A stretch of 64,000 nt of DNA from an uncultured virus (IMG/VR IMGVR_UViG_3300017714_004846) (IMGVR_UViG_3300017714_004846), one strand, 5' to 3'. Numbered from the stretch's first letter, positions 1 through 9,923 are shown. The notes: generated by a model not told the origin, from the letters alone. Numbers and translations: made by a program.

Positions 1-239
1 CACTGCGAGCCTATTTCTGGGTCTACCGGCGTTCCGGCACTAAAAACGGGGTTTTAGCACCTATGATTTGACCGAAAGGTGTCCAGATTATGTGTTTTTT
101 GACCGATTCGTGTCCGACCCCTTGTGGTTGATAACCACAGTTGGCGTAGATGTTTTATTTGCGTCAGATTGGTCGGTTGAGTGTTCAGGACATAGTTGGA
201 CACTCTGGACATTTTCTGGACAGAGTAAAAAAGAAAGGA

Positions 240-249
240 TTAAATAGGT
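240..249 (+). promoter_or_regulatory. TTAAATAGGT-class TATA-like promoter (MTase operon)
   Basis: ttaaataggt 31 nt before ATG 271; the same motif recurs at fixed spacing before many genes. Confidence 0.75.
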
Positions 250-270
250 AATAACCATATTTGATAAAGC

Positions 271-1170
271 ATGAAGTTAAGAGGTGTCTTAGGTGGATTT
301 GATGGTATCTCTTGTGGGCAAGTAGCCTTACAACGAGCAGGAATAGCCTACGAACAATACTATGCAAGTGAAATAGATACTCACGCTATTAAGGTGACGC
401 AGAATCGTTTCCCAGACACAATTCAATTAGGAAGCATTGCAGATTGGAAAGAGTGGGACTTAGATAATATTGATTTGATTATTGGTGGAAGCCCCTGCCA
501 AGGATTTTCTATGGCGGGCAAGAGGTTAAACTTTGAGGACCCTCGTAGTAGACTGTTTTTTACTTTCGTAGAGATAATCAAGCAATATAAGCCCAAGTAT
601 TTCCTATTGGAAAATGTGGTCATGAAACAAGAGATTCAAGATGCCATTTCCGAAGAATTAGGTGTGCAACCTATCCAGATTAATTCTGGGTTGGTATCGG
701 CACAAAGTAGGGACAGATTATATTGGACCAATATTCCTGTATCGGAAAAACCTGCGGACAAGAACTTGTGTCTGAATAACATTTTGGAAACCGAGATTCC
801 TGCGGACAAAGTTAGAGGTGGTAATTTAGTAGACTTTTATACCGAAAAATTGGGTAAGTTCTCTGTGCGAGGTCTATGTCATATTGGAACGGCGGATGTA
901 AATGGAAGTGATTCACTAAAAAGAGTGTATCATCCTGCTGGTAAGTCACCTACATTAACCACTAATGGTGGAGGCAACCGTGAAGCCAAAATATCTACTT
1001 CGGAATCTACTTGGAGAAAACTAACTCCTTTGGAATACGAGCGACTCCAGACATTGCCAGATAACTATACAGAGGGTATTTCTAATACCCAGAGATACAA
1101 AACTTTGGGTAATGGCTGGACAGTAGATGTGATAGCACATATTTTTTCCTACATGGGTGATGGCAAATGA
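271..1170 (+). CDS. DNA (cytosine-5)-methyltransferase
   Basis: Motif I FDGISCG, IV GGSPCQGFS, VI LENV, VIII QSRDRLY, IX ERLQTLPD, X YKTLGNGW. Confidence 0.95.
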   Translation: MKLRGVLGGFDGISCGQVALQRAGIAYEQYYASEIDTHAIKVTQNRFPDTIQLGSIADWKEWDLDNIDLIIGGSPCQGFSMAGKRLNFEDPRSRLFFTFVEIIKQYKPKYFLLENVVMKQEIQDAISEELGVQPIQINSGLVSAQSRDRLYWTNIPVSEKPADKNLCLNNILETEIPADKVRGGNLVDFYTEKLGKFSVRGLCHIGTADVNGSDSLKRVYHPAGKSPTLTTNGGGNREAKISTSESTWRKLTPLEYERLQTLPDNYTEGISNTQRYKTLGNGWTVDVIAHIFSYMGDGK

Positions 1171-1949
1171 AGTTGAAAGCAGTAATTGGAGGATTTGATG
1201 GAATTTCGTGCGGGCAAGTAGCCTTGGAACGAGCAGGAGTGGAATATGATACCTATTATGCTTCCGAAATTGATACTCATGCCATCAAGGTCACGCAGAA
1301 TCGTTTCCCAGATACAGTGCAGGTTGGTTCAATTACTGATTGGCGGAATTGGGACATAAACAAGGATGATGTAGAACTAATTATTGGAGGTAGTCCGTGT
1401 CAAGGTTTTTCTATGGCTGGAAAGCAACTTAATTTTGAGGACCCACGAAGCCAACTATTTTTTGAATGGTTAGAGATGGTTAGATATTTTGAACCCACAT
1501 ATTTCTTGTTAGAGAATGTGAAAATGAGGCAAGACATCCAAGATGCGATTTCTGCGGAACTGGGTGTGCAACCGATTATGATAAATTCTAATTTGGTTTC
1601 TGCTCAAAACCGCAAGCGATTATACTGGACCAATATTCCTGATGTGGGCCAACCCGAAGACCAGAACATTTCTTTGAGTTCAATTTTAGAAATTCCTGCG
1701 GGTGAGGGAATCACTGTGCGACCCAAGAGTAAGTGTTTAAGAGTAGGAGGTCGTCAAAGTTATGACCGACACGAGTGGGACAGTATTGATAATACACATT
1801 CCCGTAAATTTACAGTGCTGGAGTGTGAAAGATTGCAAACTCTTCCTGATGATTACACTGAAGGCATTTCTAATACCCAGAGATACAAAACTTTGGGCAA
1901 CGGTTGGACTGTAGATGTGATTGCTCACATTTTTGGTTTTATGCAGTAA
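1167..1949 (+). CDS. DNA (cytosine-5)-methyltransferase, tandem paralog with shorter variable region
   Basis: Same motifs (GGSPCQGFS, LENV, QNRKRLY, LGNGW); ATGA overlap with upstream gene. Confidence 0.95.
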   Translation: MKLKAVIGGFDGISCGQVALERAGVEYDTYYASEIDTHAIKVTQNRFPDTVQVGSITDWRNWDINKDDVELIIGGSPCQGFSMAGKQLNFEDPRSQLFFEWLEMVRYFEPTYFLLENVKMRQDIQDAISAELGVQPIMINSNLVSAQNRKRLYWTNIPDVGQPEDQNISLSSILEIPAGEGITVRPKSKCLRVGGRQSYDRHEWDSIDNTHSRKFTVLECERLQTLPDDYTEGISNTQRYKTLGNGWTVDVIAHIFGFMQ

Positions 1950-1950
1950 G

Positions 1951-1962
1951 TTAAAATAGCAA
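1951..1962 (+). promoter_or_regulatory. AGCA-class promoter
   Basis: ttaaaatagcaa about 30 nt before ATG 1982. Confidence 0.65.
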
Positions 1963-1981
1963 GCAAGACTATTTTATATTG

Positions 1982-2860
1982 ATGCGTCTAATCAATTGGG
2001 GTGTGAAACAGCCGGGTCAGTGGAATCCACTTTTACCTATGGCTTATCAAGACCAATTTTTTGTGAGGTTTTCAGGACTATCATCTCGTAGAGAAGAGTT
2101 GTTAAAAGAAAATAATACAGCAGAAAGGGCCACTCGTTTGGAGCGAACTGGAACAACCATGAATCCCAATGGACAATATTTACCACCGATACCTCCTTTG
2201 AGCAAAGGCAAACAGGCATTAGATACCCTAATTGGAGATTTAGAGCGTGACGAGGATGGTGAATTAGTTCTGGAGGAGAATGACATAGCCCAGCGACTAA
2301 TGCAATATCTAAGAGATGAACAAGTAGAGCCTCAAAAACCTGAACTATATTATGGGGTTTTAGGATTAAATGGTTTGGAAACTTTGATGGCCGCAGAGTT
2401 GTGGAATAATAATGACCACCCTGCTCATGCGGGAAACATGAGAGGTGGAGGGAAGAATTTCTGGCTTAATTGGTGTCAAAATGGTGGACGCAATGGTGAT
2501 TCAATGCCCTTTTCAATCTGGCTACATCCAGATGATTTTGCTTACATTAGAGATAATGAAGACGAAGGTTTTGGATTATTGGGTTCACTAATAAATGCAG
2601 AAATTGTTATTGATGGCAGTGATACTGGTGAAAAATTCATGATGCACCTTTGGCCTTGGAATCAACACGCCCAAGTAGTAATGCAGAGGGTTAATGACCG
2701 CATTGCAGACGAGAGTGATTACTGGGAAGATGAGGCAGAAGCAAAAGAAGGGATGCAAAGCATTATGGGAGAGGAGTGGGTGAGTTATGCCCGAACTAAT
2801 GCTCAAACCCGTGGTAAAGTAGAAGGTCTGATTAGACCCGAAGTGGAGTGGAAGCCATGA
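1982..2860 (+). CDS. hypothetical protein, N-terminal LINW motif; paralog of next gene
   Basis: Starts MRLINWG; shares LYYG..GLE.LM, PFS.WL.P.D, IDG.D and PWN blocks with 2857..3756. Confidence 0.85.
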   Translation: MRLINWGVKQPGQWNPLLPMAYQDQFFVRFSGLSSRREELLKENNTAERATRLERTGTTMNPNGQYLPPIPPLSKGKQALDTLIGDLERDEDGELVLEENDIAQRLMQYLRDEQVEPQKPELYYGVLGLNGLETLMAAELWNNNDHPAHAGNMRGGGKNFWLNWCQNGGRNGDSMPFSIWLHPDDFAYIRDNEDEGFGLLGSLINAEIVIDGSDTGEKFMMHLWPWNQHAQVVMQRVNDRIADESDYWEDEAEAKEGMQSIMGEEWVSYARTNAQTRGKVEGLIRPEVEWKP

Positions 2861-3756
2861 AATTTATTAACTGGCCCCGAAGCACTTTGATGCGTTTCGC
2901 TTACATGATGCCCGAAATAATTGCGGGTCAAACAGGAACAGTAGTCAATACTGCAGGACTTCATGAATTAAAAATGGCTCCGTTTGCTTATTGGGATGCT
3001 ACCTATCAGGGTTGGTTAAAGTTAGAATTTAAGAATTCGGGAAAAAATCGGATGTTGGAATTAATTCGTGAATATGGAGGCCCTGCCCAATTGTATTATG
3101 GAATTATGGATACTCAAGGTTTGGAAATGCTAATGCCTCGCAAGAAATGGAAAGGGCAAGAAAAATATTGGTTGCAATATTGTATTGATAATGGCAAGTG
3201 GCCGTTTAGTGTGTGGTTAGTGCCAGAAGATATTACGGTGTTGGAAGGCATTGCCGATAATAATTTGGTGACTAAATTAATTGATAAGATGAGATTTCAA
3301 CCAGTGCAACAACACACTTTGAATGGTTGGATGACACTAAATCCTGCCGAACATAGTTATACTGAAGATGAAGCATGGAAAAAAATTGGAGGGACTGGGT
3401 TTCAATATGCTTTGATTATTGATGGTTATGACCCTGCCGAATTAGGTGGTTCAAATCGTGCTGCGAATGCAGAACAGAAAAAGATGGAATTTTTATTTCC
3501 GTGGAATTTGCAAATGCAGAAAATAGAAGAATTAACTGTCCAGAGTTACGAGTCGGTGATAAATGATTATTTGGAAGCCCGTGGCAAGAATAGTTTAAAG
3601 GATGTTAAAGGCAAGTTGGAGTGGAAGAAAATGAATTGGAGGGTCCGAATTGACGAGGAGGATAGAAACATCCATAGTATCTATCTTCAGATTTTACAAG
3701 AATACGAACAAGCAAAAGGCAAGTTGGTTGGATTTCAACCCTATCCCGAAATTTAG
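2857..3756 (+). CDS. hypothetical protein, N-terminal FINW motif
   Basis: ATGA overlap gives start MKFINWP; paralogous blocks with upstream gene. Confidence 0.85.
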   Translation: MKFINWPRSTLMRFAYMMPEIIAGQTGTVVNTAGLHELKMAPFAYWDATYQGWLKLEFKNSGKNRMLELIREYGGPAQLYYGIMDTQGLEMLMPRKKWKGQEKYWLQYCIDNGKWPFSVWLVPEDITVLEGIADNNLVTKLIDKMRFQPVQQHTLNGWMTLNPAEHSYTEDEAWKKIGGTGFQYALIIDGYDPAELGGSNRAANAEQKKMEFLFPWNLQMQKIEELTVQSYESVINDYLEARGKNSLKDVKGKLEWKKMNWRVRIDEEDRNIHSIYLQILQEYEQAKGKLVGFQPYPEI

Positions 3757-4454
3757 CGTTCTAAGTTACGAGATTGCAAATACGGAGAGGTATCGCCCCT
3801 CATCCATTTTTTTTGCCAATGTGGTTTGCGTCGGTTATAAATTACATAAGGTCTACGAAGGTGCATCCTTTCCTGCTGATAACTGGGGCTTGGATGTCTA
3901 TTTGCATCTGCAAATTCAACATTCCTATCTGTTTCGTAACGCCCCCACGCTGGTATAGAGTCAGTGAATTTCTTAAATTTAAATTCATCAATTCTGCGGC
4001 GTAGACCTCCTGCACCATCGCTTTCTACAGTGTTGCTGGGTTCAGGTTGCAATCTTTTAGCCATTTTCATGAGCCCTTCCTTTCGGGATTTCTTACTTTG
4101 ATAGCGGTCTTCATCTTCAGAGTAATCTTGATTAGTAAGCAACTCTACACCACCCAAGAATATGATAAATCCTCCTACTCCTGCAATAATTTTAAGCGGC
4201 CATTTGAAATACCATCGCCAACCCTCAACTTTGGACATCGCCCGACCGACAACCCATCTACTACCAAAATAAAGAAACGCAACTCCTATCAAGGGTAATC
4301 CAAAGGGTTTAATTAAACTTTTGAGACTTTGTTTAACATAATCTGCTCCGTCACGACCTGCATAGATTTCTCCGTTAATGGCAGACACAATGCTACTTAT
4401 CAAACCCGAATTTTCTAAACGGTCGCCAATTTGAAATTCAAGAAGGTCACCCAT
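3753..4454 (-). CDS. membrane protein (two hydrophobic segments)
   Basis: Likely start MGDLLEF just after upstream stop; segments PFGLPLIGVAFLYFG and IIAGVGGFIIFLGGV. Confidence 0.75.
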   Translation of the reverse strand: MGDLLEFQIGDRLENSGLISSIVSAINGEIYAGRDGADYVKQSLKSLIKPFGLPLIGVAFLYFGSRWVVGRAMSKVEGWRWYFKWPLKIIAGVGGFIIFLGGVELLTNQDYSEDEDRYQSKKSRKEGLMKMAKRLQPEPSNTVESDGAGGLRRRIDEFKFKKFTDSIPAWGRYETDRNVEFADANRHPSPSYQQERMHLRRPYVIYNRRKPHWQKKWMRGDTSPYLQSRNLER

Positions 4455-4461
4455 GCCATCA

Positions 4462-4818
4462 CTACTCTTCTTCAATAATAATAGGTTCTTCATCTTCTTG
4501 CAATCTGGCTCGGGCTCTGGCAATATCGTTTTGAGTTTTGTGCTGTCGGCGGATAGATTCAATATGTTCTTCCTCTTCTGCGTTCCAGCGGTCAAAGAAT
4601 CGGGAAATAGCCATATATGCTGGACCACTCAAAATACCAAGCACTGCAATGTAGGCTTCAATATCTTCTCTAACATCTGGGTCCACGAAAGCAGTGGTAA
4701 TCAATTGGTATGATAAAACCATAAAAACCAAAATCAACGGAACGGATACTAACGCAACCATTATGTTGTTAAAGGTTATTCTCACATCCCATTCTATACG
4801 AGCCATGCTAATCCTCAA
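4462..4818 (-). CDS. small two-TM membrane protein with acidic tail
   Basis: Two hydrophobic helices; reverse promoter ttcaaatagc at 4837-4846. Confidence 0.75.
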   Translation of the reverse strand: MRISMARIEWDVRITFNNIMVALVSVPLILVFMVLSYQLITTAFVDPDVREDIEAYIAVLGILSGPAYMAISRFFDRWNAEEEEHIESIRRQHKTQNDIARARARLQEDEEPIIIEEE

Positions 4819-4882
4819 TTATAGTTGCACTTTACCGCTATTTGAATTTATTCTTAAATAGGTGGTTCTACTAATGGGCAAT

Positions 4883-5200
4883 ATGAGTCGGCTAAGACAG
4901 TCCGAAAACGCTTTTGTGGAGTTTGCAATTGATTATCTGAGTGAAAAATCTCAGGCAATTGAAGGCAGGGAACTGCTAAATCGTTTCTTTGAGGCGGGGG
5001 TATCCCAAAAATATTCTGTTCCCAGCCGAAAACAACTATTGTCTTGTCTACGAAAGCACCCCGAAGTCTATGCTCGCTTGCAAAGAGTGGCGGGAAGTTC
5101 TAACACCACCTTCTATTCTTTGAACCCAATTCTTAGTCCCATTAAGAAAAATGATGGCTCTCGCTGCAGTTCACGACGCTATAAGCAACCCACAAATTGA
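4883..5200 (+). CDS. small basic protein, possible winged-helix DNA-binding protein
   Basis: Promoter ttaaataggt 4854-4863 exactly 29 nt before ATG 4883; helix-helix-helix-strand pattern (inference). Confidence 0.55.
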   Translation: MSRLRQSENAFVEFAIDYLSEKSQAIEGRELLNRFFEAGVSQKYSVPSRKQLLSCLRKHPEVYARLQRVAGSSNTTFYSLNPILSPIKKNDGSRCSSRRYKQPTN

Positions 5201-5226
5201 AATAGTCGTAAGAACCCATTATTATT

Positions 5227-6246
5227 ATGGGTCTGGCAGAAAAACTTGCTCGCTTGAAGAGAAAGTATGACCAAACGATGGAAGAACTCTATCAAGAGGC
5301 TACTACGCCAGATGAAGACCCACGCATGGAGCAACTGCGACAAGACCGAATGAGGGAGAAATATATGGCTGATGGAGAAACGGATAGTTATGAAAACACC
5401 CGCACGATGGGATGTCCAGTTTGTGGTCATGGACTCAAGACTATCTCTGCTTCTGCAGAATGTCCTTATTGTGAAGTATTGTGGCATTACCATGAAACCG
5501 ATGGATTTTCTTACTTTGAGGCCGAAATTTATAGTGCAGAAGATGATTCTTGGATAAATATTTGGAGCGAAGATTTCATTGAAGGTGGTTGTGTAAGCGA
5601 TGACAGAGCAATTTTACTTTGGGAGTTAGTGAATTTCCCCCGAAATTATGCTGATGATGATTTTGAAGCAGCCAACGAATGGTGGGAATCATTGCAGAAT
5701 GAACAAAGAGAAGATTTATTGGACATGATGACTACTAATCCAGAATTATCTGGAATTATTGATGATTGGGCAGATGATGATGTTCCTGATATAGACCTTC
5801 CTGATTATTTTGATGCCGAATCTTTCCGTGATTGGGCAGATGATGAACTTAGAACTCACGGAGAAAATGTAAGTTTTGAGGATTGGTCGCAAGAAGAGTT
5901 TGAAGATGAACCTACTCACCGTCATCCTAATGGACAATTAAGTTTCGTGCAATGGGCTCGTGATGAGATGAATGAAGAACACCATAATGCCGAAGAATTC
6001 TGTGCAGAATGTGGCTGTTCGTCTAAAGATGCCGAAACATTCTCTGCCGAAACCAGTTCAGGAACACAAGTTTTCAACTCTTGTTGGAAATGTGGGTCTG
6101 GACAACACTTGTATGAAATCACAAGGTATCCTGCCACCCCAGATGAAATCAAAGGTGTGGGTGGTGACCCAGCACAAGTAGTCAAGGGTTGGGAGAAAAT
6201 CCGTCAAGACCAAAAAGAAGGCTACGGCGTTATGGAAGATGATTGA
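5227..6246 (+). CDS. very acidic multidomain protein with CxxC motifs and repeated x-A-E motifs
   Basis: CPVC..CPYC, CAEC, CWKC; FEAE, YSAE, FDAE, HNAE, KDAE, FSAE; promoter ttgaaatagt 5197-5206. Confidence 0.8.
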   Translation: MGLAEKLARLKRKYDQTMEELYQEATTPDEDPRMEQLRQDRMREKYMADGETDSYENTRTMGCPVCGHGLKTISASAECPYCEVLWHYHETDGFSYFEAEIYSAEDDSWINIWSEDFIEGGCVSDDRAILLWELVNFPRNYADDDFEAANEWWESLQNEQREDLLDMMTTNPELSGIIDDWADDDVPDIDLPDYFDAESFRDWADDELRTHGENVSFEDWSQEEFEDEPTHRHPNGQLSFVQWARDEMNEEHHNAEEFCAECGCSSKDAETFSAETSSGTQVFNSCWKCGSGQHLYEITRYPATPDEIKGVGGDPAQVVKGWEKIRQDQKEGYGVMEDD

Positions 6247-6255
6247 GGGATAGAA

Positions 6256-6441
6256 TTGGAATATCCTAATCAATATTTAGACCGCAGGACTGGTAAGCAG
6301 TTAGAGGGTGAAGAACTTCAAAAATATCTTAATTATGAGATGCACGATTCTTGCACTAATTGTTTCTTTAATCCTGCTGACCATTTGGCAATGTTGCAGT
6401 TTTGGACTAAGCATAGAAAGATGCCCGGTGATTGTCACTAA
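6256..6441 (+). CDS. small hypothetical protein
   Basis: TTG start after GAGGGA; fills gap between genes. Confidence 0.55.
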   Translation: MEYPNQYLDRRTGKQLEGEELQKYLNYEMHDSCTNCFFNPADHLAMLQFWTKHRKMPGDCH

Positions 6442-6476
6442 TCAAATTTAAATAACAAGCCAGATAAATTATTGGT

Positions 6477-8558
6477 ATGGATGAGTTTGATGCCCAATGG
6501 TTTCGTCCTCGCAGAGTTAAAACTAAGAAGCGCAAGGCAAGACTAAACCCCAGTAGTTTAGCCGGTGGCATTGAGGAAATCCCAGAAATGTTGGGTAAAA
6601 AACGATTAGCGGCTGAAGATAGACCTATGGAAGAACGAATGACTCGTGAACAAGCCGAAAATTTGGCTCAAAAGTTGGAAACTTGGTTAGTCCCTTATGT
6701 AGAGTTCGCAGAGGTTTGTGGAAGTTATCGTCGTGGAAGAGAAGACCCGGGCGATTTGGATGTAGTAGTAATTCTAAAAAATCGGGTCAAGTTGCCCGAA
6801 GTAGTAGAGATGTGGCTGGCAGAGGGTAAAGCCTCGGCGGTGAATTGGGTAGGTGAAAAGAAAACCCAAATGGTTATTGATGGGGTCAAGGTAGATATTA
6901 GAACTACTACTCCTCGTGCTAAAGGCGCAGCATTGCTTTATTTCACTGGACCAGCAGGATACAATATCGGTATCAGGTCTGCTGCTAAAAGAGCAGGTTT
7001 CAAACTAAGTGAATATGGTTTGTTCAACCGAGAAACCAACGAATATATTGCAGGAGCCACTGAAGAAGATATTTATGCGGCACTGGGTAGAAATTATCGT
7101 GCGCCCACAGAACGCAGAGCCGAAGAAAAAATAAGTTTGGCACAAAGATTGAATAGAGAACGACCGAAACCAAAAGGACAAGATTATTCACTACTCACTC
7201 AAGAACAATTAACTGGGATTGGAGGATATTTCTTCAATACCAAAGAAAAAAGGCAAGCATTCATAGATAGGCAGAAAAGAAAAAAGGCCCGAGAGTCAGA
7301 AAAACAAAATCAAACAGGTTTCGGATGGATTGGCCGTGCAGAGAGTTTTAAACCTCCTGCCTCTGCAGTTAGTAATGCCAAGCGTGGTTTAGAATTGCGT
7401 AAAAAATGGGGCCGAGGAGGATTATCACCATCAGAAGCCAAATCTCATGGAATTGATTCTGGAGTCACTCGTGCCAGAAAAATCTCATCTGGAAAGGTTT
7501 CACAACACGATGTTCGCAGAATGAGTGCTTTTAACCGTCATCGCAAGAATTACCGACCCGAAAAGAAAATGCCCGATGGAGGACCCACGGCAGGAACTAT
7601 TGCTTGGTTACTGTGGGGTGGAACTTCAGGTGTGAACTGGGCTAAGAAGAAATCTGCGGCGATGAATGCTGAAGAAGTTGAAGATTATCCAGATTGGGAC
7701 CCCGAAGAATTTGGAATCAAAAATGAAGAAGAGGTTTTTGACGCAGAATTAGTGATGTCAAGGTTCTCTCCAGAAGGATATTCGTTGTATGGAAGGAAAC
7801 TCCATCTTTATGGCCGTCTTCAAGGAGCCATCGTTGGAGGTCAGAAGGGAGTCAGAAACAATCCCGAAAAAACCTATACGGGTAGATATGGTGTTCGCTG
7901 GGGTAGTTTCACTGAAGGAACTCCCGAAAGAGCAATTTTTGATAAAGTAAGTCAAGAAATGAAACCCGAAAGTTTTGAACAATGGATGGATGTGATTTAC
8001 GCAACTAACGACCGTCTAAAAGAACCACAGAAAAAGAAAAGCCGTTTTGGAAGAAAGAAAAAAGCCGAAACCTTTGAGGCCGTAGTTCTCCACCAAGGAA
8101 AACTTCCTGAAGGTGCGGTTGCAAAAGCCATGCTAACTCATGCCATGATGGAAAAGGCCAAAATGTTGGAAACAATTGCACAATTAGAGAATTCTATTTC
8201 TCTGGGATTGATTTCGGAAGAAGAAGTCATGAGAAGTCTGAAAGATAAATTCGGAGCAGAAACCCAAGATTTTGCACCTCGCTATGAAATTCAGATTCGC
8301 ACCAGCCGAGGCAATGTAACCGAAAGAATTCCTGTGAGTGCTGGAATGTTAGTTCGCAGAGTCAGAGAAATTCTGGCAAGAAAGGGCTACTTGTATGCCA
8401 TGGATATTTTTGGAACCGAACCAGCGTTTAATGTTCAAGGGCCGTATGGAATGCAAGTCTATCGTCCCAAGCCAAAACTGATGGCTGTCTACAAGTATGG
8501 AAAATTTGAATCCGGTGAAATGGCTGACCACCTCAATGAAAAATTGGGGTTAAGATGA
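6477..8558 (+). CDS. multidomain (poly)protein containing a minimal family X DNA polymerase domain
   Basis: GSYRRG..GDLDVVV, VDIR, LLYFTG, LSEYGL, EEDIYAALG (aa ~50-215); a further domain AKRGL..GVTRAR..IAWLLWGG; domains bounded by A-E motifs; promoter ttaaataaca 6448-6457. Confidence 0.85.
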   Translation: MDEFDAQWFRPRRVKTKKRKARLNPSSLAGGIEEIPEMLGKKRLAAEDRPMEERMTREQAENLAQKLETWLVPYVEFAEVCGSYRRGREDPGDLDVVVILKNRVKLPEVVEMWLAEGKASAVNWVGEKKTQMVIDGVKVDIRTTTPRAKGAALLYFTGPAGYNIGIRSAAKRAGFKLSEYGLFNRETNEYIAGATEEDIYAALGRNYRAPTERRAEEKISLAQRLNRERPKPKGQDYSLLTQEQLTGIGGYFFNTKEKRQAFIDRQKRKKARESEKQNQTGFGWIGRAESFKPPASAVSNAKRGLELRKKWGRGGLSPSEAKSHGIDSGVTRARKISSGKVSQHDVRRMSAFNRHRKNYRPEKKMPDGGPTAGTIAWLLWGGTSGVNWAKKKSAAMNAEEVEDYPDWDPEEFGIKNEEEVFDAELVMSRFSPEGYSLYGRKLHLYGRLQGAIVGGQKGVRNNPEKTYTGRYGVRWGSFTEGTPERAIFDKVSQEMKPESFEQWMDVIYATNDRLKEPQKKKSRFGRKKKAETFEAVVLHQGKLPEGAVAKAMLTHAMMEKAKMLETIAQLENSISLGLISEEEVMRSLKDKFGAETQDFAPRYEIQIRTSRGNVTERIPVSAGMLVRRVREILARKGYLYAMDIFGTEPAFNVQGPYGMQVYRPKPKLMAVYKYGKFESGEMADHLNEKLGLR

Positions 8559-8986
8559 GTCTATACGAAGATTATGATTTGGCGGAGAGATACCTCTCTG
8601 ATTCAAAGTCTATTCTATTGACATATAAGATGGGAAGTTATACTGGAAACTACATAATTCAGATTAATGCGACATATGCAATGGACGATACGCTTGATAA
8701 TGAGAATTGGGATGGCAATTTTTCTGAGAAGGGTTTGTTAGCCGAATTCAGAGGAAAACTTACTGCTCAGGGAGAATTCATTATGGTAGATAGCAGTTAT
8801 CCTTATCATCTGCACCGAAAAGATTTTGAAGAATTGATGGAAAATTGGACAGCAAGAAAAGATGTAGATGATGTAATGGCTCCTCACGCAGAAATGTTTC
8901 ATCGTCACCTTAAAAATTATATGGGGCCTCCACAGGATTCTTATACAGCAATAAATTGGCTGAATGTATCTCGGTATTATAAATAG
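8555..8986 (+). CDS. hypothetical protein, C-terminal AINW motif
   Basis: 143 aa ORF overlapping the upstream stop; ends TAINWLNVSRYYK. Confidence 0.75.
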   Translation: MSLYEDYDLAERYLSDSKSILLTYKMGSYTGNYIIQINATYAMDDTLDNENWDGNFSEKGLLAEFRGKLTAQGEFIMVDSSYPYHLHRKDFEELMENWTARKDVDDVMAPHAEMFHRHLKNYMGPPQDSYTAINWLNVSRYYK

Positions 8987-9007
8987 GACACAACACATAG
9001 TTGTGTT

Positions 9008-9913
9008 ATGGAATGGTATTCTCGTAAAGAAGTTGCCATTGCAATGTGGAATCGTTTGCGTGACCACGAAGTTAAATGGTTAGTTGATGACCCAGAAAGG
9101 GGTGAATTCGGAATCCGAAACACCAGAGTATCTCGTCAAGATGATGTTTTAACTTGGCTTAAAATTCTGGAGGCTCACAAAAGACCTGTGGGTGTTTATT
9201 TAGGAACTAATATAGTTGATTGGAACCAAATTAAACTACCTCCTCGGTTAAGAGAAGGAGAAAATTGGAATAAAGAGGCCCGGGAAGACTACCGACAACT
9301 TTGGAAACAATATCACGACCCAGAATTCTTGGGTAAGGAAAAGTTCTTGCAAACTTGGAAGGGCAAGATTATGGTGTGGGACATTGACGATGAAAATTTG
9401 GGTCAGGCTTTCACAATTGCTCTGAAGATTCACAACGAATTGAGTGGCAGGGGTTTTAATCCAGAAATGATTTTTTCTGGAGGCAAGGGATTTCACATAA
9501 TTTTGGGATGCGAAGAGGCTGCCGAGTTGTCAGGAGTGACTCTGCGAGATTTTATTCACGAAAGAAACCCTTTGAAAACTTTGGGGAAGCATTATCGGGA
9601 AGCAGTGCAATCAGTGGCTACTATCGCTACGGGAGAACCTTTGTATCGTTATGATATGGCACCAACTCATAGAATGGGGCTCATAAGATGTCCTTATTCT
9701 CTACATCAAAAAACGGGGCTACCTGTTTGGCCCTTAACTTCGGAAGAAATTACTAACCTACAGCAAACTTTAGAAGGTGATAAGATATATGCTCCATTAG
9801 ATATTGCCCAAATTTTATTTTCGTGGACAACTACTGACTGGTGGGACCAAGAAGTTCCGACATCGCCTATGAGTGAAATATGGCTGAGGCACAAGTGGTT
9901 ATTTGGCAAATGA
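9008..9913 (+). CDS. priS: archaeo-eukaryotic primase, catalytic (PriS-like) subunit
   Basis: WDID (DxD), FSGGKGFH, RMGLIRCPYSLHQKTG; promoter ataaatagga 8979-8988, 29 nt upstream. Confidence 0.88.
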   Translation: MEWYSRKEVAIAMWNRLRDHEVKWLVDDPERGEFGIRNTRVSRQDDVLTWLKILEAHKRPVGVYLGTNIVDWNQIKLPPRLREGENWNKEAREDYRQLWKQYHDPEFLGKEKFLQTWKGKIMVWDIDDENLGQAFTIALKIHNELSGRGFNPEMIFSGGKGFHIILGCEEAAELSGVTLRDFIHERNPLKTLGKHYREAVQSVATIATGEPLYRYDMAPTHRMGLIRCPYSLHQKTGLPVWPLTSEEITNLQQTLEGDKIYAPLDIAQILFSWTTTDWWDQEVPTSPMSEIWLRHKWLFGK

Positions 9914-9923
9914 ACCTGAATAC

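Noticed and set aside
271..3756. Complete restriction-modification operon
   Set aside because: The genes after the MTases have their own class 2 promoter and no recognisable nuclease motif.
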